Below, piece after piece: positions 9,849-20,271 of a DNA stretch of 64,000 nt. Position numbers and translations under genes: made by a program. The notes beneath the pieces were generated by a model. It was not told the DNA's origin. It worked only from the letters and a program-made list of their open reading frames with translations, and ran no database searches. Source of the stretch: a virus (taxonomy: Duplodnaviria; Caudoviricetes); the IMG/VR virus record IMGVR_UViG_3300028591_000098, positions 32,001-96,000 of that record. One strand, given 5' to 3'. Positions within the stretch are counted from its first letter, which is position 1. Each line of letters starts with the position of its first letter.

Positions 9849-11150
9849 ATGAGCGTAAAATTACTTAAAGACCTGAACTTTGCTGAAAAGATCAATTCAA
9901 CAGAAGCTATCACAGAGGCAGGTAAAGAAATCTTGAATAACTACCGTGCTTATGTTTATACAAATCCAGCAACATGCGGTATTGTTAATGGCTTCGTTAT
10001 GGAAGCGTCTAAATTTGGCTTTGATACAGGTTTGAAGAGTATATTGGAATCTGTAAATAAGTTTATTAGTGAAAATAATATTTCTTGGAAACTTGCATCA
10101 GCATGCGAAAGTATTTCAAACAACAATTCAACTTATAATTACATCAATAAGCTTGGTGTACAACAAGTTGAAAAAATTTTGGAAATGGATGAATCTAATG
10201 TAGTATCTTACATCAAAGCTGGAGCATTAAAGAATATCCAATATATTCCAGAATTTAGACAAGTTTGCAAAGAAGTATATAAGACTAATATTACAGAAGC
10301 TTATAATACAACTTATAGTGTAACAAATCCTATTTCTTACATTTTAACTGAAGGTGAAAACATAACATTCCAAGTTAATGGAACTGCTTATAAGATTACT
10401 GAAGGTAAAGTAGAACAAGTTAACTGTGATAATGCAGTATTTGCAAGAATGAACAAACTTCTTGAATCATTCAAGAGAGATTCAGACAATAATTTGATTT
10501 ATGAATTTAGAGATAATCAAAATAATATCACTAAAATTACTCTTATAGATAAAGAAGTTAATGAAAACGAATTTGAAAAGAAAATCAAATTTGAAAAAGG
10601 TAAGATTAATGAAGAATTTACTGAAAGTGTTAAATTCCGTGAATTTGCAAATATGCTTTCAAAGGCAATGCCAATGAATGAAAAACTTTCGTTCATGAAT
10701 ATTACTTCTACAATAGCTGATGTATTTGAAAATATGGAAAACATTGGTGTACTTAATAATGTTAAAGTTCTTACATGTGCAAATGGTACAACATGTGCTA
10801 TTATCGAGGCAAAAGATAATGTTAACTTAACAGTATTCCATTCAATTAATGCAGGTTCATCTTGTAACAACTATGAGTTTATGGCAGAAGCTCTTAATAA
10901 CGTAATTAAAGTTTCAGGTATAGATCTTAGAAGTATGTATGAAGAACGTATTAATGAAGATTGTAAGAAGATGGAAACACCTGAAGCAAAAGAAATACGT
11001 GAACAATTAGAAGCTAATAAAGAAGCACAATATGATATTCGTAAGAAGAAGATTGCAATGTTAGCAGAACAATATAGAAATGATCCTGTAAAACTTGCTT
11101 TACTTAATAAAGTTGCGAAAGATTTAGCTATTTTAGAAAAACAACAATAA
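9849..11150 (+). CDS. hypothetical head-associated/scaffold-like protein
   Basis: 433 aa; many I/L/V-x-E sites (ITE, ILE, LLE, VNE, INE); C-terminal coiled coil; followed by a terminator. Confidence 0.5.
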   Translation: MSVKLLKDLNFAEKINSTEAITEAGKEILNNYRAYVYTNPATCGIVNGFVMEASKFGFDTGLKSILESVNKFISENNISWKLASACESISNNNSTYNYINKLGVQQVEKILEMDESNVVSYIKAGALKNIQYIPEFRQVCKEVYKTNITEAYNTTYSVTNPISYILTEGENITFQVNGTAYKITEGKVEQVNCDNAVFARMNKLLESFKRDSDNNLIYEFRDNQNNITKITLIDKEVNENEFEKKIKFEKGKINEEFTESVKFREFANMLSKAMPMNEKLSFMNITSTIADVFENMENIGVLNNVKVLTCANGTTCAIIEAKDNVNLTVFHSINAGSSCNNYEFMAEALNNVIKVSGIDLRSMYEERINEDCKKMETPEAKEIREQLEANKEAQYDIRKKKIAMLAEQYRNDPVKLALLNKVAKDLAILEKQQ

Positions 11151-11169
11151 ACTTAAATATTTTAAAGTT

Positions 11170-11197
11170 AAAAAGAGACACCCGAGTGTCTCTTTTT
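11170..11197. terminator. bidirectional intrinsic terminator
   Basis: aaaaagagacac-ccga-gtgtctcttttt hairpin between convergent genes. Confidence 0.8.
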
Positions 11198-11260
11198 TGT
11201 TTGTATATATAGTTTATTAGATTTACTATTATATGTTATCTCGATGCATCGAGTGAACAT

Positions 11261-11881
11261 CTATGACCATTTTTTATATAGTTCCATAGAATAACAACTC
11301 ATAAAATATGCATCTGCAATATCATCAATTTTTGGTATACTAATTAAATGTGAATGTGAAGCTTCAAATAAATGTATCATAGAATCTTTATTTGCTGCAC
11401 CATTACCAGTTGTAAATTTCTTTATTTCAGATGGAGGTACAATCCAAAATGTTATACCTTCTTTTTCAACAAAATAACTACGAATCATATAGTTTAGACC
11501 AGCTAAATCAAAAATAGATTTTGTCCTACTCATAGATCCATAACTTATACCTTCTATAACTATATGTATTTGTTTATTTCTACCTTTAGTATATTCTAAA
11601 ATAATTTCTTTTATTTTATCAACTAATTTTATCATGTTATACGATTTCCAATATTCATGAAATAAATTATTATCATTATATAATTTTAAATCATCTGCAT
11701 CATAAAAAACATATTGAAAATCTTTACATTGTTCTTCTGCTAATTTTTCTTTTTTCTTTAATTCATTAGTTGATGGTCTTATTATAAAAAAATCTTCTCT
11801 AATTTTCTTTTCTCCTTCATACTTTTGAATACATAATCCTGTACTATTCATAGAAGGATCAATTCCTATAAAATATTCCAC
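11261..11881 (-). CDS. ruvC: RuvC-like Holliday junction resolvase
   Basis: IGIDPS..STG, IVIEG, PSEIKKF.TG.G.ANK, DDIADA. Confidence 0.85.
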   Translation of the reverse strand: MEYFIGIDPSMNSTGLCIQKYEGEKKIREDFFIIRPSTNELKKKEKLAEEQCKDFQYVFYDADDLKLYNDNNLFHEYWKSYNMIKLVDKIKEIILEYTKGRNKQIHIVIEGISYGSMSRTKSIFDLAGLNYMIRSYFVEKEGITFWIVPPSEIKKFTTGNGAANKDSMIHLFEASHSHLISIPKIDDIADAYFMSCYSMELYKKWS

Positions 11882-11927
11882 GTTTTATCATTATATATTT
11901 GTGGATTAATAATAATATAGAAATTTT

Positions 11928-12293
11928 TTAACAAACATTTAAACTATATTTAATCATTATATTCTGGGCTACAATTTTTGATTCTTCTGCCGTATATTGA
12001 TAAAGATTTCTAATTACTTTTGACAAGTCATTTTCAAACTCTTCAAATTGTTCCTTGGACCATTTATAATTTTCTGTCCATTTATTATCCTTTGTTATAA
12101 GTTTAACAATTTGATAGTTTCGTTTATTACTACCTATTTTTCTAAACATTCCAATAATAATAGAATACAATAAACTTTTTGAATTTTTATTGAATAACCA
12201 ATTCAAATCTGATTCTGTCAATTCTTCATTCATAAGATATTCAATCGGAAAAATACGAATACCATAAACAGTTTGAAATTTTGATTTACCCAT
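11928..12293 (-). CDS. hypothetical protein
   Basis: intact ORF in a packed operon. Confidence 0.6.
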   Translation of the reverse strand: MGKSKFQTVYGIRIFPIEYLMNEELTESDLNWLFNKNSKSLLYSIIIGMFRKIGSNKRNYQIVKLITKDNKWTENYKWSKEQFEEFENDLSKVIRNLYQYTAEESKIVAQNIMIKYSLNVC

Positions 12294-12307
12294 TTTGATG
12301 TTTTTAA

Positions 12308-12532
12308 TTATTTATCTTTGCTTAATCTGTTTAATACTTTTAATAAATCTAATCGTATATCTTCTGGTACATCTAAATTACCACCAGCACCAGGACCACA
12401 AATTTTAACTACTGGACCAAATGCATTATACCCATCTTTCTCCCAATAAGTACTAATAAAATAATCATCACCTGTTGGATTAGTGAATATTTTAAGACAA
12501 GCACCATCTACATTATCACTTCGTATTATCAT
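12308..12532 (-). CDS. hypothetical protein
   Basis: intact ORF in a packed operon. Confidence 0.55.
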   Translation of the reverse strand: MIIRSDNVDGACLKIFTNPTGDDYFISTYWEKDGYNAFGPVVKICGPGAGGNLDVPEDIRLDLLKVLNRLSKDK

Positions 12533-12534
12533 AA

Positions 12535-13008
12535 TTAATATTTATAATGCCAACGCACATGAAATTGATAATTATTTAATTCTTTATTAATTTCTTTTTG
12601 ATTATATAATTTTATCTCAACTTTCAATCCGTTATTAGTTAACCATTTTTCATAATAATTTCTATCATTATTTTTTTCTTCACATGTTAATATGAAATCT
12701 GCCCAACATTGTCCATCATAAGAATTATCTCTCATGGTTTTTTGCATCATATTCAAGGTTTCACTTCGTAACAATTGCCAATCTTTATATCTTTTATCAT
12801 AACAATCTTCATAAAGTTTATCCAATTCATCACATAATTTATATGTTCGAGGTTTATCATTATATAATTTATCCATATATTTTATGTCTCCACATTTTTT
12901 ACATTTCCAAATAGAACGTTTACCACCATAATAATTTATTTGATCGCCATATATGTTGCGAACAAATTCATATTCATGCTCACAAAATAAACTTTTAAAC
13001 CAATTCAT
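12535..13008 (-). CDS. hypothetical protein with N-terminal Cys/His zinc-binding-like motif
   Basis: FCEHEY...WKCKKCG; ATG at 13008. Confidence 0.55.
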   Translation of the reverse strand: MNWFKSLFCEHEYEFVRNIYGDQINYYGGKRSIWKCKKCGDIKYMDKLYNDKPRTYKLCDELDKLYEDCYDKRYKDWQLLRSETLNMMQKTMRDNSYDGQCWADFILTCEEKNNDRNYYEKWLTNNGLKVEIKLYNQKEINKELNNYQFHVRWHYKY

Positions 13009-13174
13009 AATTATCATATTTAAATGTTAAATTACAATCACTTGTGTTATAATCTTTATCACCATAAAATTCACAATTTAAAAATCGATATTCCTTACCA
13101 TTATCACATTTAAGAGATATGTCAATTTTTCCATTTTCTTTGATACCAGATGAGTGAAATTCTTTAATTTTCAT
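12995..13174 (-). CDS. hypothetical protein
   Basis: ATG at 13174 (MKIKEF...). Confidence 0.5.
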   Translation of the reverse strand: MKIKEFHSSGIKENGKIDISLKCDNGKEYRFLNCEFYGDKDYNTSDCNLTFKYDNYELV

Positions 13175-13181
13175 AATTCTA

Positions 13182-13781
13182 TTATTGTTTTGAATATTGA
13201 TTTTCAAATGTACCATCACCTATTTCATCATTACTTATTATCATGTTTCCTGTCTTTGGATCGATTTTTGAATGTTTCTTATGCCATTCATATGATTCTT
13301 CTGGAGACATTGCTTTAATACCATTTCCAAATTCAAACCCAAGAGTTTTTGAAACTGTATTTAAAGTAAAATTAAATAATGATTTTTGGAAATTTTCTTC
13401 TTGTTTACAAAGATCTGACGTAGATATACTTTTATCATAATAGAATTTATTTCTATCAATTTTCAAATCATTATCTAATGCACCACCAATTAAAAGACGT
13501 TGTAAGTTATGTATTTTACGAAGTTCTTTACCATTAGCTGTTGCCATACCAACTTTAAACTGCTTAGAACCCCCATTATATCCAATAAAAATTTCATAGC
13601 CTAAATCTTCAAGATCAAACGATAAATGTCCAATATCATAAGTAACAATATGTTGCATATTATATTTAATGGCTTCTTCAGTATCAAAATATGAATAACA
13701 TAATGTTCTTTTTGGAAATGAAATAAATAATGATGGATATAACTCAAATGAGTCAAGTATAAAAAATATTGTTTTATTCAT
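13182..13781 (-). CDS. hypothetical protein
   Basis: intact ORF in a packed operon. Confidence 0.6.
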   Translation of the reverse strand: MNKTIFFILDSFELYPSLFISFPKRTLCYSYFDTEEAIKYNMQHIVTYDIGHLSFDLEDLGYEIFIGYNGGSKQFKVGMATANGKELRKIHNLQRLLIGGALDNDLKIDRNKFYYDKSISTSDLCKQEENFQKSLFNFTLNTVSKTLGFEFGNGIKAMSPEESYEWHKKHSKIDPKTGNMIISNDEIGDGTFENQYSKQ

Positions 13782-13784
13782 AAT

Positions 13785-14045
13785 TTATCTTCCTATATAA
13801 TTAATTGTAACATTTCCAGAATATGCAGCAATTAATAGTGTAATTAATATGTATAACCATATACAATTAATAAAAAAATTACACATATGTTCACAACTAA
13901 CATATTCATCGACATCTTTTAATATAGTTTCAATAGTAAACTTTCTAACTTTATCATTGAATACTACTAACAAATTTTTACAAATTAAGTAAACTATTCT
14001 AATAAGTAATAGTATGATAATAATTTTAAATATAAGTAATTCCAT
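13785..14045 (-). CDS. small membrane protein
   Basis: two hydrophobic segments. Confidence 0.55.
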   Translation of the reverse strand: MELLIFKIIIILLLIRIVYLICKNLLVVFNDKVRKFTIETILKDVDEYVSCEHMCNFFINCIWLYILITLLIAAYSGNVTINYIGR

Positions 14046-14046
14046 A

Positions 14047-15951
14047 TTATTTTATTGTTTTTATTCTGTTTTGTAATTCGACAGGATATTGATTTTTTGT
14101 ACTATAATATAAATATTGAAAGCATGCATCCAATATATATGTGACACACCAATCTCCATTATAACGTACTCCTCTACCTATACCTTGTATTATTTCATTA
14201 GATGTATGTGAATTATACCACAAAGGATATAACTTATTTCTTTCATTAACTAATTTATCTGCTAAAGATGGATATGGTACTTTTAGTATTATAATAAATC
14301 TACAATTATCACCAGGCAAATCCACTCCAGTATTTAATGTTGGACCTAATAAAATAGTATCTTGTGACATTTGATGAATTTTTGTCATCATTACCTTTTC
14401 TCTAGATCCATTATATGTCAATAATCTTTGTCTAATATCTAATGGTGCCTCATCATAAAGACGTTTCATAAATTCATATGAACCAGTTTGAATCATTCCT
14501 TTTTGTCCTTTAAATTTAGTTGAACAAATAGAATATATTGCATTCTTTAAATGATTAAATGATACTTCACGTTCTTTATATGACATCCTAAACTTATTTA
14601 AGAAATATATAGGAGATTGTGAAAAATCAAATGTTGAAGGAATAATTTCTAAATATGATTCATTAACAATTGCATTATCATGATCCCACATATTTTTTTG
14701 TTCATAAGAAAATCCCATTCTTTCATCGTATGCTTCTTTCGAACCTATTGTTGCAGATACCATAACTTTATGTTGAGCACGTTGTAAAAAGAAAAACCAT
14801 GTTATATAATCTTCTTTAGTACATTTAAATGCAACTGATATATGTTTATCACTATTAGAAATTGTGATATCTTTTAATAAGTATTCTTTACCGGTTTTAT
14901 TAATAGCCTCACAATAATCATGCCAATGACACATATAATTTTCATGCCAAGAACACAATTTAAACATTGCAATATCATCTTTTGATAAAGGTTGTTTCAA
15001 TTGTTTCTTAAGACATATAGCAGATTTTAAGTTACATACAATTGGTGCAAATAATTCCAATACTTTAAGATATTTATTAGATGCTTCAACATCTTCATCT
15101 TTACGTGACTCAGGACATGTCCATATTTTCCAAAATTTATATAAATCTGTTTCTAATTCACTAAATGTTTTATATTTATCATAAATAGAATCTTTAATTT
15201 CACTTTTATTAAATTCTTCAAATAATGAACGTTGAGGATCTATTGTTTGATTATAAAGGTTTTCTAATTTTGTAAAATCTTCTTCTACTATTGTAGGTGA
15301 ATATTGTAACTGAACTATTTCTGGAATATTATGACACTCATCACAAAATAATACATCATGAACACTAAATATAGGTAAACCATGAGTATCAGTATTGAAT
15401 TCCTTATTATTCATAATAAATAAGAACAATTGATATGTCATGACACAAACTTTAGCTTTAATTGCTTTACGACGAGCTCTAACATATTCACAAGTTAATG
15501 CACAATTAAAACCATTATCAATACATGTTTGTTTATTAAATAAAGAGGCCCATGAAATACCCGCCATTCTACAATCGGCATTTTTCATATCTTCTCCATT
15601 AATCTTACAAGTATAGTTTCCAGTTTGTCCTTTTAATGATGCAATACCTGTATTTTTATGTTCCTTTAAAAAGTTTTCATATTGTTCCCATAAAAACAAA
15701 TCTGAACATAAAATATAAGATGTCATATCATAATATTCTGCCAATACACCTGCTGATATTATATTAATTAAAGACTTACCAGATCCTGTTGGTGCTTCTA
15801 CTATATAATTTTGATAATTATGATCTAATATATTTTTTATTATTCTTACAATACATTCAAATTGATGTTCTCTAAACTTAAAATCTGTACCAATTTTATT
15901 GTTAACCCAATTTTTTATATTTTGTTCTATTGTTTCTTGACTAATCTCCAT
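14047..15951 (-). CDS. DinG/Rad3-like superfamily 2 helicase
   Basis: VEAPTGSGKS, DECH, Cys cluster, GVDLPGD.CRFIIILKVPYP, QGIGRGVR. Confidence 0.85.
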   Translation of the reverse strand: MEISQETIEQNIKNWVNNKIGTDFKFREHQFECIVRIIKNILDHNYQNYIVEAPTGSGKSLINIISAGVLAEYYDMTSYILCSDLFLWEQYENFLKEHKNTGIASLKGQTGNYTCKINGEDMKNADCRMAGISWASLFNKQTCIDNGFNCALTCEYVRARRKAIKAKVCVMTYQLFLFIMNNKEFNTDTHGLPIFSVHDVLFCDECHNIPEIVQLQYSPTIVEEDFTKLENLYNQTIDPQRSLFEEFNKSEIKDSIYDKYKTFSELETDLYKFWKIWTCPESRKDEDVEASNKYLKVLELFAPIVCNLKSAICLKKQLKQPLSKDDIAMFKLCSWHENYMCHWHDYCEAINKTGKEYLLKDITISNSDKHISVAFKCTKEDYITWFFFLQRAQHKVMVSATIGSKEAYDERMGFSYEQKNMWDHDNAIVNESYLEIIPSTFDFSQSPIYFLNKFRMSYKEREVSFNHLKNAIYSICSTKFKGQKGMIQTGSYEFMKRLYDEAPLDIRQRLLTYNGSREKVMMTKIHQMSQDTILLGPTLNTGVDLPGDNCRFIIILKVPYPSLADKLVNERNKLYPLWYNSHTSNEIIQGIGRGVRYNGDWCVTYILDACFQYLYYSTKNQYPVELQNRIKTIK

Positions 15952-16030
15952 AAAAATAATTATTCGAATAATTAATTTTAAAATAGAAAAATACTAACTA
16001 AAATTCATATATTAATTGAAAAAAAGAAGA

Positions 16031-16753
16031 CTATATATTATAGTCTTCTAAATTAACTCCTTGATATTTATAACGATCATATGTATTATCTTTACCATGA
16101 ACCTTTATTCTAAAATTGTTATCAAATAATTTTTGTACTGCAATATTTTTTATTGGAACATATCTGTTTAATGTTTGATCAATTTCTTTATCAACACTAA
16201 ATATACTAAAACATGTAAAATAATCAGGAGTCGGTTGCCAAAAATTATAATTATCAATTAAGTGTTTTTGCATTTTTCTTGAACACATATAACAAGCTGC
16301 CGAAAATATTCTTTTTATTGTGTTAAAATTGATAAAACCATATTCATCAATGGTATCTATTTTCTTCTTAAATTCTAATAGCCTATCAATTTCCTTTTCT
16401 TCATATCCAAAAATATAATCAAATAAAATTAAATCTGCTATATTTGGTTTTTGTTCTAAAACTTTTTCTATTTCATTAATATCTTTCAAAAACCTTATAT
16501 CATTTTCTAAAATAAGAACATTATCATAACATTTATTATATGCATCTTCTAAACATTTTTTATGATTTAATGTTATTTTATATGCAGGATTTTTATATTC
16601 ATTTTTATCTTCATCTGTATAAATATATTCAAAGATATCGGAATCTAATATACCAACACGTTTTAATTCATTATTTAACTCTTCAAATCTTTCAACATGT
16701 GGTTTATAATGAATACAATATATATGATCAAAATATTTTTTCCAATCTATCAT
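16031..16753 (-). CDS. glycosyltransferase, GT25-like
   Basis: IYCIH...ER; H..CL..A...YDNVLILEND; SAACY. Confidence 0.7.
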   Translation of the reverse strand: MIDWKKYFDHIYCIHYKPHVERFEELNNELKRVGILDSDIFEYIYTDEDKNEYKNPAYKITLNHKKCLEDAYNKCYDNVLILENDIRFLKDINEIEKVLEQKPNIADLILFDYIFGYEEKEIDRLLEFKKKIDTIDEYGFINFNTIKRIFSAACYMCSRKMQKHLIDNYNFWQPTPDYFTCFSIFSVDKEIDQTLNRYVPIKNIAVQKLFDNNFRIKVHGKDNTYDRYKYQGVNLEDYNI

Positions 16754-16960
16754 TTATCAAATTTAATATAGGATTAATATCTTTATTTTTTAAATATCTT
16801 CAATAATGGACAATTCCAACAATAATTTCCTTCACTTGCACCACACCAACTACTAGATAGTTTTTCATCACATATTATTGATCCATCACTATTTATATGT
16901 ATCATGTTATTTTAATTATTCTTCTTTAATGTTTCAAATAACAAATTTACACATAATATA

Positions 16961-17266
16961 TTATTTTTTAAAAGTTTTCTTATCTCGTTTTGCTATCTTT
17001 ATTGCCGATTTCATTTTAGATATTATATTATTCTTTATATCATCTTCAAGAATAAACAAATCTATATTACTCAAAATAAAATTTGCAATTTCAATTGTTT
17101 CATCACATGATTGTTCATCTATTAAATTATCTGCACTTATTAAAGAAACAATAAACATAGAACGAGTTGTTTCATTTTCAAATATTGAATTATAATTTAA
17201 TATACGATTACAAAATGATATAAGATTAGGATTCTGCGATATCTTTTTCAATATTGTCTTTTCCAT
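16961..17266 (-). CDS. hypothetical protein
   Basis: intact ORF in a packed operon. Confidence 0.55.
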   Translation of the reverse strand: MEKTILKKISQNPNLISFCNRILNYNSIFENETTRSMFIVSLISADNLIDEQSCDETIEIANFILSNIDLFILEDDIKNNIISKMKSAIKIAKRDKKTFKK

Positions 17267-17627
17267 AATATTCTATAATTTTTTTAAAACATTCTTCTTC
17301 TTTTTCTAATCTGTTTATTTTATCTGTGCATCTAATTTTTTCAATTTGAATATTATCTATCTTTTCAGATAATAATTTTATTAACTCTTCTCTAGCTTCA
17401 TCAAAATTATCATATACATATTGATTTACAAATGCTTCTCTTTCTTCACCAAATGCCTTATTTAATATTTTCACTAAATCATTATTATCAAGAATTTTAA
17501 ATTTAATTCTTGGCATTTTAAAATTTATATTATGTGCATCGCCTAAATGCTTACACTTACAAACTTTATTGAACATTATATGATAAAATATATCTCCTTC
17601 TTTTAAGTCATTTAACCAAATCTTCAT
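17226..17627 (-). CDS. hypothetical protein
   Basis: intact ORF with C-terminal coiled coil. Confidence 0.55.
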   Translation of the reverse strand: MKIWLNDLKEGDIFYHIMFNKVCKCKHLGDAHNINFKMPRIKFKILDNNDLVKILNKAFGEEREAFVNQYVYDNFDEAREELIKLLSEKIDNIQIEKIRCTDKINRLEKEEECFKKIIEYYGKDNIEKDIAES

Positions 17628-17994
17628 AATGAAATTCTTTATTAAATCTTTCTATTTCTTTTTTTCTACAATCCTCACATAGAGTCATAACCCAACCATG
17701 AGTCCATTCCGTACTAACATTTTTATTAGTTCCACAATGTTCACAAATCTCTAATGATTTATTTTCTAATGTATGTATTTGATCAGCAATTTCTGGAACA
17801 TAATAATTTAAATATAAGCATAATTCACCCCATTTTTCTTTTATTTGAGTAAATTCAACAGGTATAAAATCTTCATCTAGTTTATGTTCATCATTATATT
17901 TTTTAATTATATCTATAGCTTTATTAACTAATGGACGCCAACCTTCATCACATTCTATACCAAATAATTCAAATGGTGTATTATTTGCTTCCAT
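17608..17994 (-). CDS. conserved phage hypothetical protein
   Basis: ECDEGW..L, QIKEKWGEL.LY, S..ICEHCG...LCEDC motif set common in phages. Confidence 0.65.
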   Translation of the reverse strand: MEANNTPFELFGIECDEGWRPLVNKAIDIIKKYNDEHKLDEDFIPVEFTQIKEKWGELCLYLNYYVPEIADQIHTLENKSLEICEHCGTNKNVSTEWTHGWVMTLCEDCRKKEIERFNKEFHYEDLVK

Positions 17995-17996
17995 AT

Positions 17997-18440
17997 TTAC
18001 TTTATATATTTTCGTTTGTCATTAAGATCATTTATTTCTCCCTTAATGTTTTGATATATTGCAAGTAAATCTAATTTTTTAAAATAAATCATATCATATA
18101 TTTTATTATATGCTTCTAATTTCGCATCAATAATATCTTTTTGACTATAAGATACAGATTTTTTATTTTTAAATTTTTGTTTAGCCGAATTATTTTTTTC
18201 TTCATCTAATGCCTTTTTAAGATCATTAATGACTATAAGTTGTTTTTCAATAATTAATTGTTGATCCCTTTCTCTATTAGATAAATTATCTTTTACTATT
18301 GGTTTATTTACTGATGATTTATCGCAATCATTTATAGCTGTTCTATAAGCAAATTCAATAATTTCACTGGTTTGCTTAAAACAAAGCTTATTATCGCTTT
18401 GTAATTCTCTGATTCTTTCTTCTATAAATTCTTTATCCAT
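17997..18440 (-). CDS. hypothetical protein
   Basis: intact ORF in a packed operon. Confidence 0.55.
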   Translation of the reverse strand: MDKEFIEERIRELQSDNKLCFKQTSEIIEFAYRTAINDCDKSSVNKPIVKDNLSNRERDQQLIIEKQLIVINDLKKALDEEKNNSAKQKFKNKKSVSYSQKDIIDAKLEAYNKIYDMIYFKKLDLLAIYQNIKGEINDLNDKRKYIK

Positions 18441-18441
18441 A

Positions 18442-18729
18442 TTATTGTATTTTAAAACATTTATTAATTTTTATTGGTGCTGTTGTAGATAATAATTCCT
18501 CTGTATTATTTTGCTCTAACAAAAAGTTAGTACCCTGAAATGAACAAGTATAAATTGAATCATCTGTATAAATTGTATCTATCTCAATTGCATATGTTGA
18601 ATAGTATATAACATATTCTGTATAATATTTACCAATCATTGTTGTATCATATTCTTTAGATTCTTGACATGATATAAACATAATTATAAATAGAAATATA
18701 AAAAAAATATGTTTAATATTTAATCCCAT
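18442..18729 (-). CDS. putative lipoprotein
   Basis: hydrophobic N-terminus ending FISC (lipobox-like). Confidence 0.55.
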   Translation of the reverse strand: MGLNIKHIFFIFLFIIMFISCQESKEYDTTMIGKYYTEYVIYYSTYAIEIDTIYTDDSIYTCSFQGTNFLLEQNNTEELLSTTAPIKINKCFKIQ

Positions 18730-19300
18730 ATATATTTTGATTTAACTTTTCTTTTAATTTTTTTAATCCTTTATTTATTCCTTCCTGATCATAATAACCA
18801 CAACCTATAACATCACATATAATATGGTGCAATTCATCAACAGAACTTTCAGAAATTACTTCGCGTATATCTTTATCTTCCTTTAAATCACTCATAATTT
18901 CTTCATAAACTTCATCACGATATTCTTCTCGAACATCTTCATCATGTGAGTCTAATTCAAATGATCCATCTAATTTATCTAATAAATAACCTTTATCAAC
19001 ATTATCTAATACTTCATCAATATCTAATTCATCAACTATTTCATCTAATGAATACTCTTCTTGAATTATTCCAAGTATATCTCTAATACCTCTTGAACTA
19101 ATTATTGCTTTTATTTCATCATCATCATATTCTTTATTTGGGTCTTTGTAAATATCTGATGCATGAATAATATCTGAACTTGTGATATAACCATGCTCTA
19201 AACCAAATTCCAATATTTCTTCAAAATCGCGGGATAATTCCCATACTTTATTTAATGCATCATCCCAATCCTTTTGTGTCCAACGTGTACTTATTTTCAT
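18713..19300 (-). CDS. acidic hypothetical protein
   Basis: intact, D/E-rich ORF. Confidence 0.6.
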   Translation of the reverse strand: MKISTRWTQKDWDDALNKVWELSRDFEEILEFGLEHGYITSSDIIHASDIYKDPNKEYDDDEIKAIISSRGIRDILGIIQEEYSLDEIVDELDIDEVLDNVDKGYLLDKLDGSFELDSHDEDVREEYRDEVYEEIMSDLKEDKDIREVISESSVDELHHIICDVIGCGYYDQEGINKGLKKLKEKLNQNIYGIKY

Positions 19301-19551
19301 ACTATAATTTCTCCTTTAGATTTACGAATATTAATTGTAACATTAGGGCCATGATTAGTATATCCTATAATATTATACCAATTTCCTGTTGGTTGGCCAT
19401 TTTCATCAAACTCTTGTGCATATACATAAGAATCTTTAAGTTCTTTAATCCATGCCTCATTATGATCTTTTGACCATTTAGTTAGTTTTTCAGTAAACCA
19501 TCTCCACATTTCAATAAAATATGCCGATGTCGCTATTCCTTCTTTATTCAT
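19297..19551 (-). CDS. hypothetical protein
   Basis: ATGA overlap with the next gene. Confidence 0.55.
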   Translation of the reverse strand: MNKEGIATSAYFIEMWRWFTEKLTKWSKDHNEAWIKELKDSYVYAQEFDENGQPTGNWYNIIGYTNHGPNVTINIRKSKGEIIV

Positions 19552-19593
19552 AAATTTTATATTTTTATATTAATACCTTCCGGTGATTTTATA

Positions 19594-19785
19594 TTATAAT
19601 TCTGTCAATATCGCTGCAAAGCCTAATATTCCTAAAATTAATGGAAATAATAAACATAATATAAATATAATAACTTTTTCAAAAAAATTTAAGGTTAAAA
19701 TATTAGTTGTTAAAAAATAAAAACCGATGGCACAAAAAACATACCATAATCCAATAAATATATATAATATTATAATGTTTTCCAT
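19594..19785 (-). CDS. small two-TM membrane protein
   Basis: two hydrophobic helices. Confidence 0.5.
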   Translation of the reverse strand: MENIIILYIFIGLWYVFCAIGFYFLTTNILTLNFFEKVIIFILCLLFPLILGILGFAAILTEL

Positions 19786-19884
19786 TTATTTTTCTTTTTT
19801 CTTTTTGATTTTTTATATGCTTCTAAATCTGCCTCATACATAAGTTGTTGTAAATATTCGGCAGTTTTAGGTCCAACAATAAAA

Positions 19885-20271
19885 CTACTCATCATAATCA
19901 TAATATCTAAATCCTTGAAATCCCTTACAAGGTATTGGGTCTATCTTATGAAATGGTCCTGTTCGCTGTAAAAACTTCCCATCCCATTTTTTATCAGTTG
20001 TAGTACATTTAAATGGTTTATCAGAAGTACCTACGAATTTTTGCCAACCAATAATATTACCTTGATATACTAAATAAACTCTTTTTATATTATTAGTATT
20101 TTTTGGTAAAAATGGCACCTTAAAATTCATTACCTGAGATTCATCCTCAACAGTTTTTAATTCCTTTTCATAATCTTCCCATTTAATAGAACTTGGTAAA
20201 GTTATTAAAAGTGCATTTTTCCTTTTTAGTACAGGTTTAACATTTATTATACTTTCCAATAATGTTTTCAT
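19885..20271 (-). CDS. hypothetical protein
   Basis: intact ORF; starts MKTLLE|S (possible short leader); ends KGFQGFRY. Confidence 0.55.
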   Translation of the reverse strand: MKTLLESIINVKPVLKRKNALLITLPSSIKWEDYEKELKTVEDESQVMNFKVPFLPKNTNNIKRVYLVYQGNIIGWQKFVGTSDKPFKCTTTDKKWDGKFLQRTGPFHKIDPIPCKGFQGFRYYDYDE

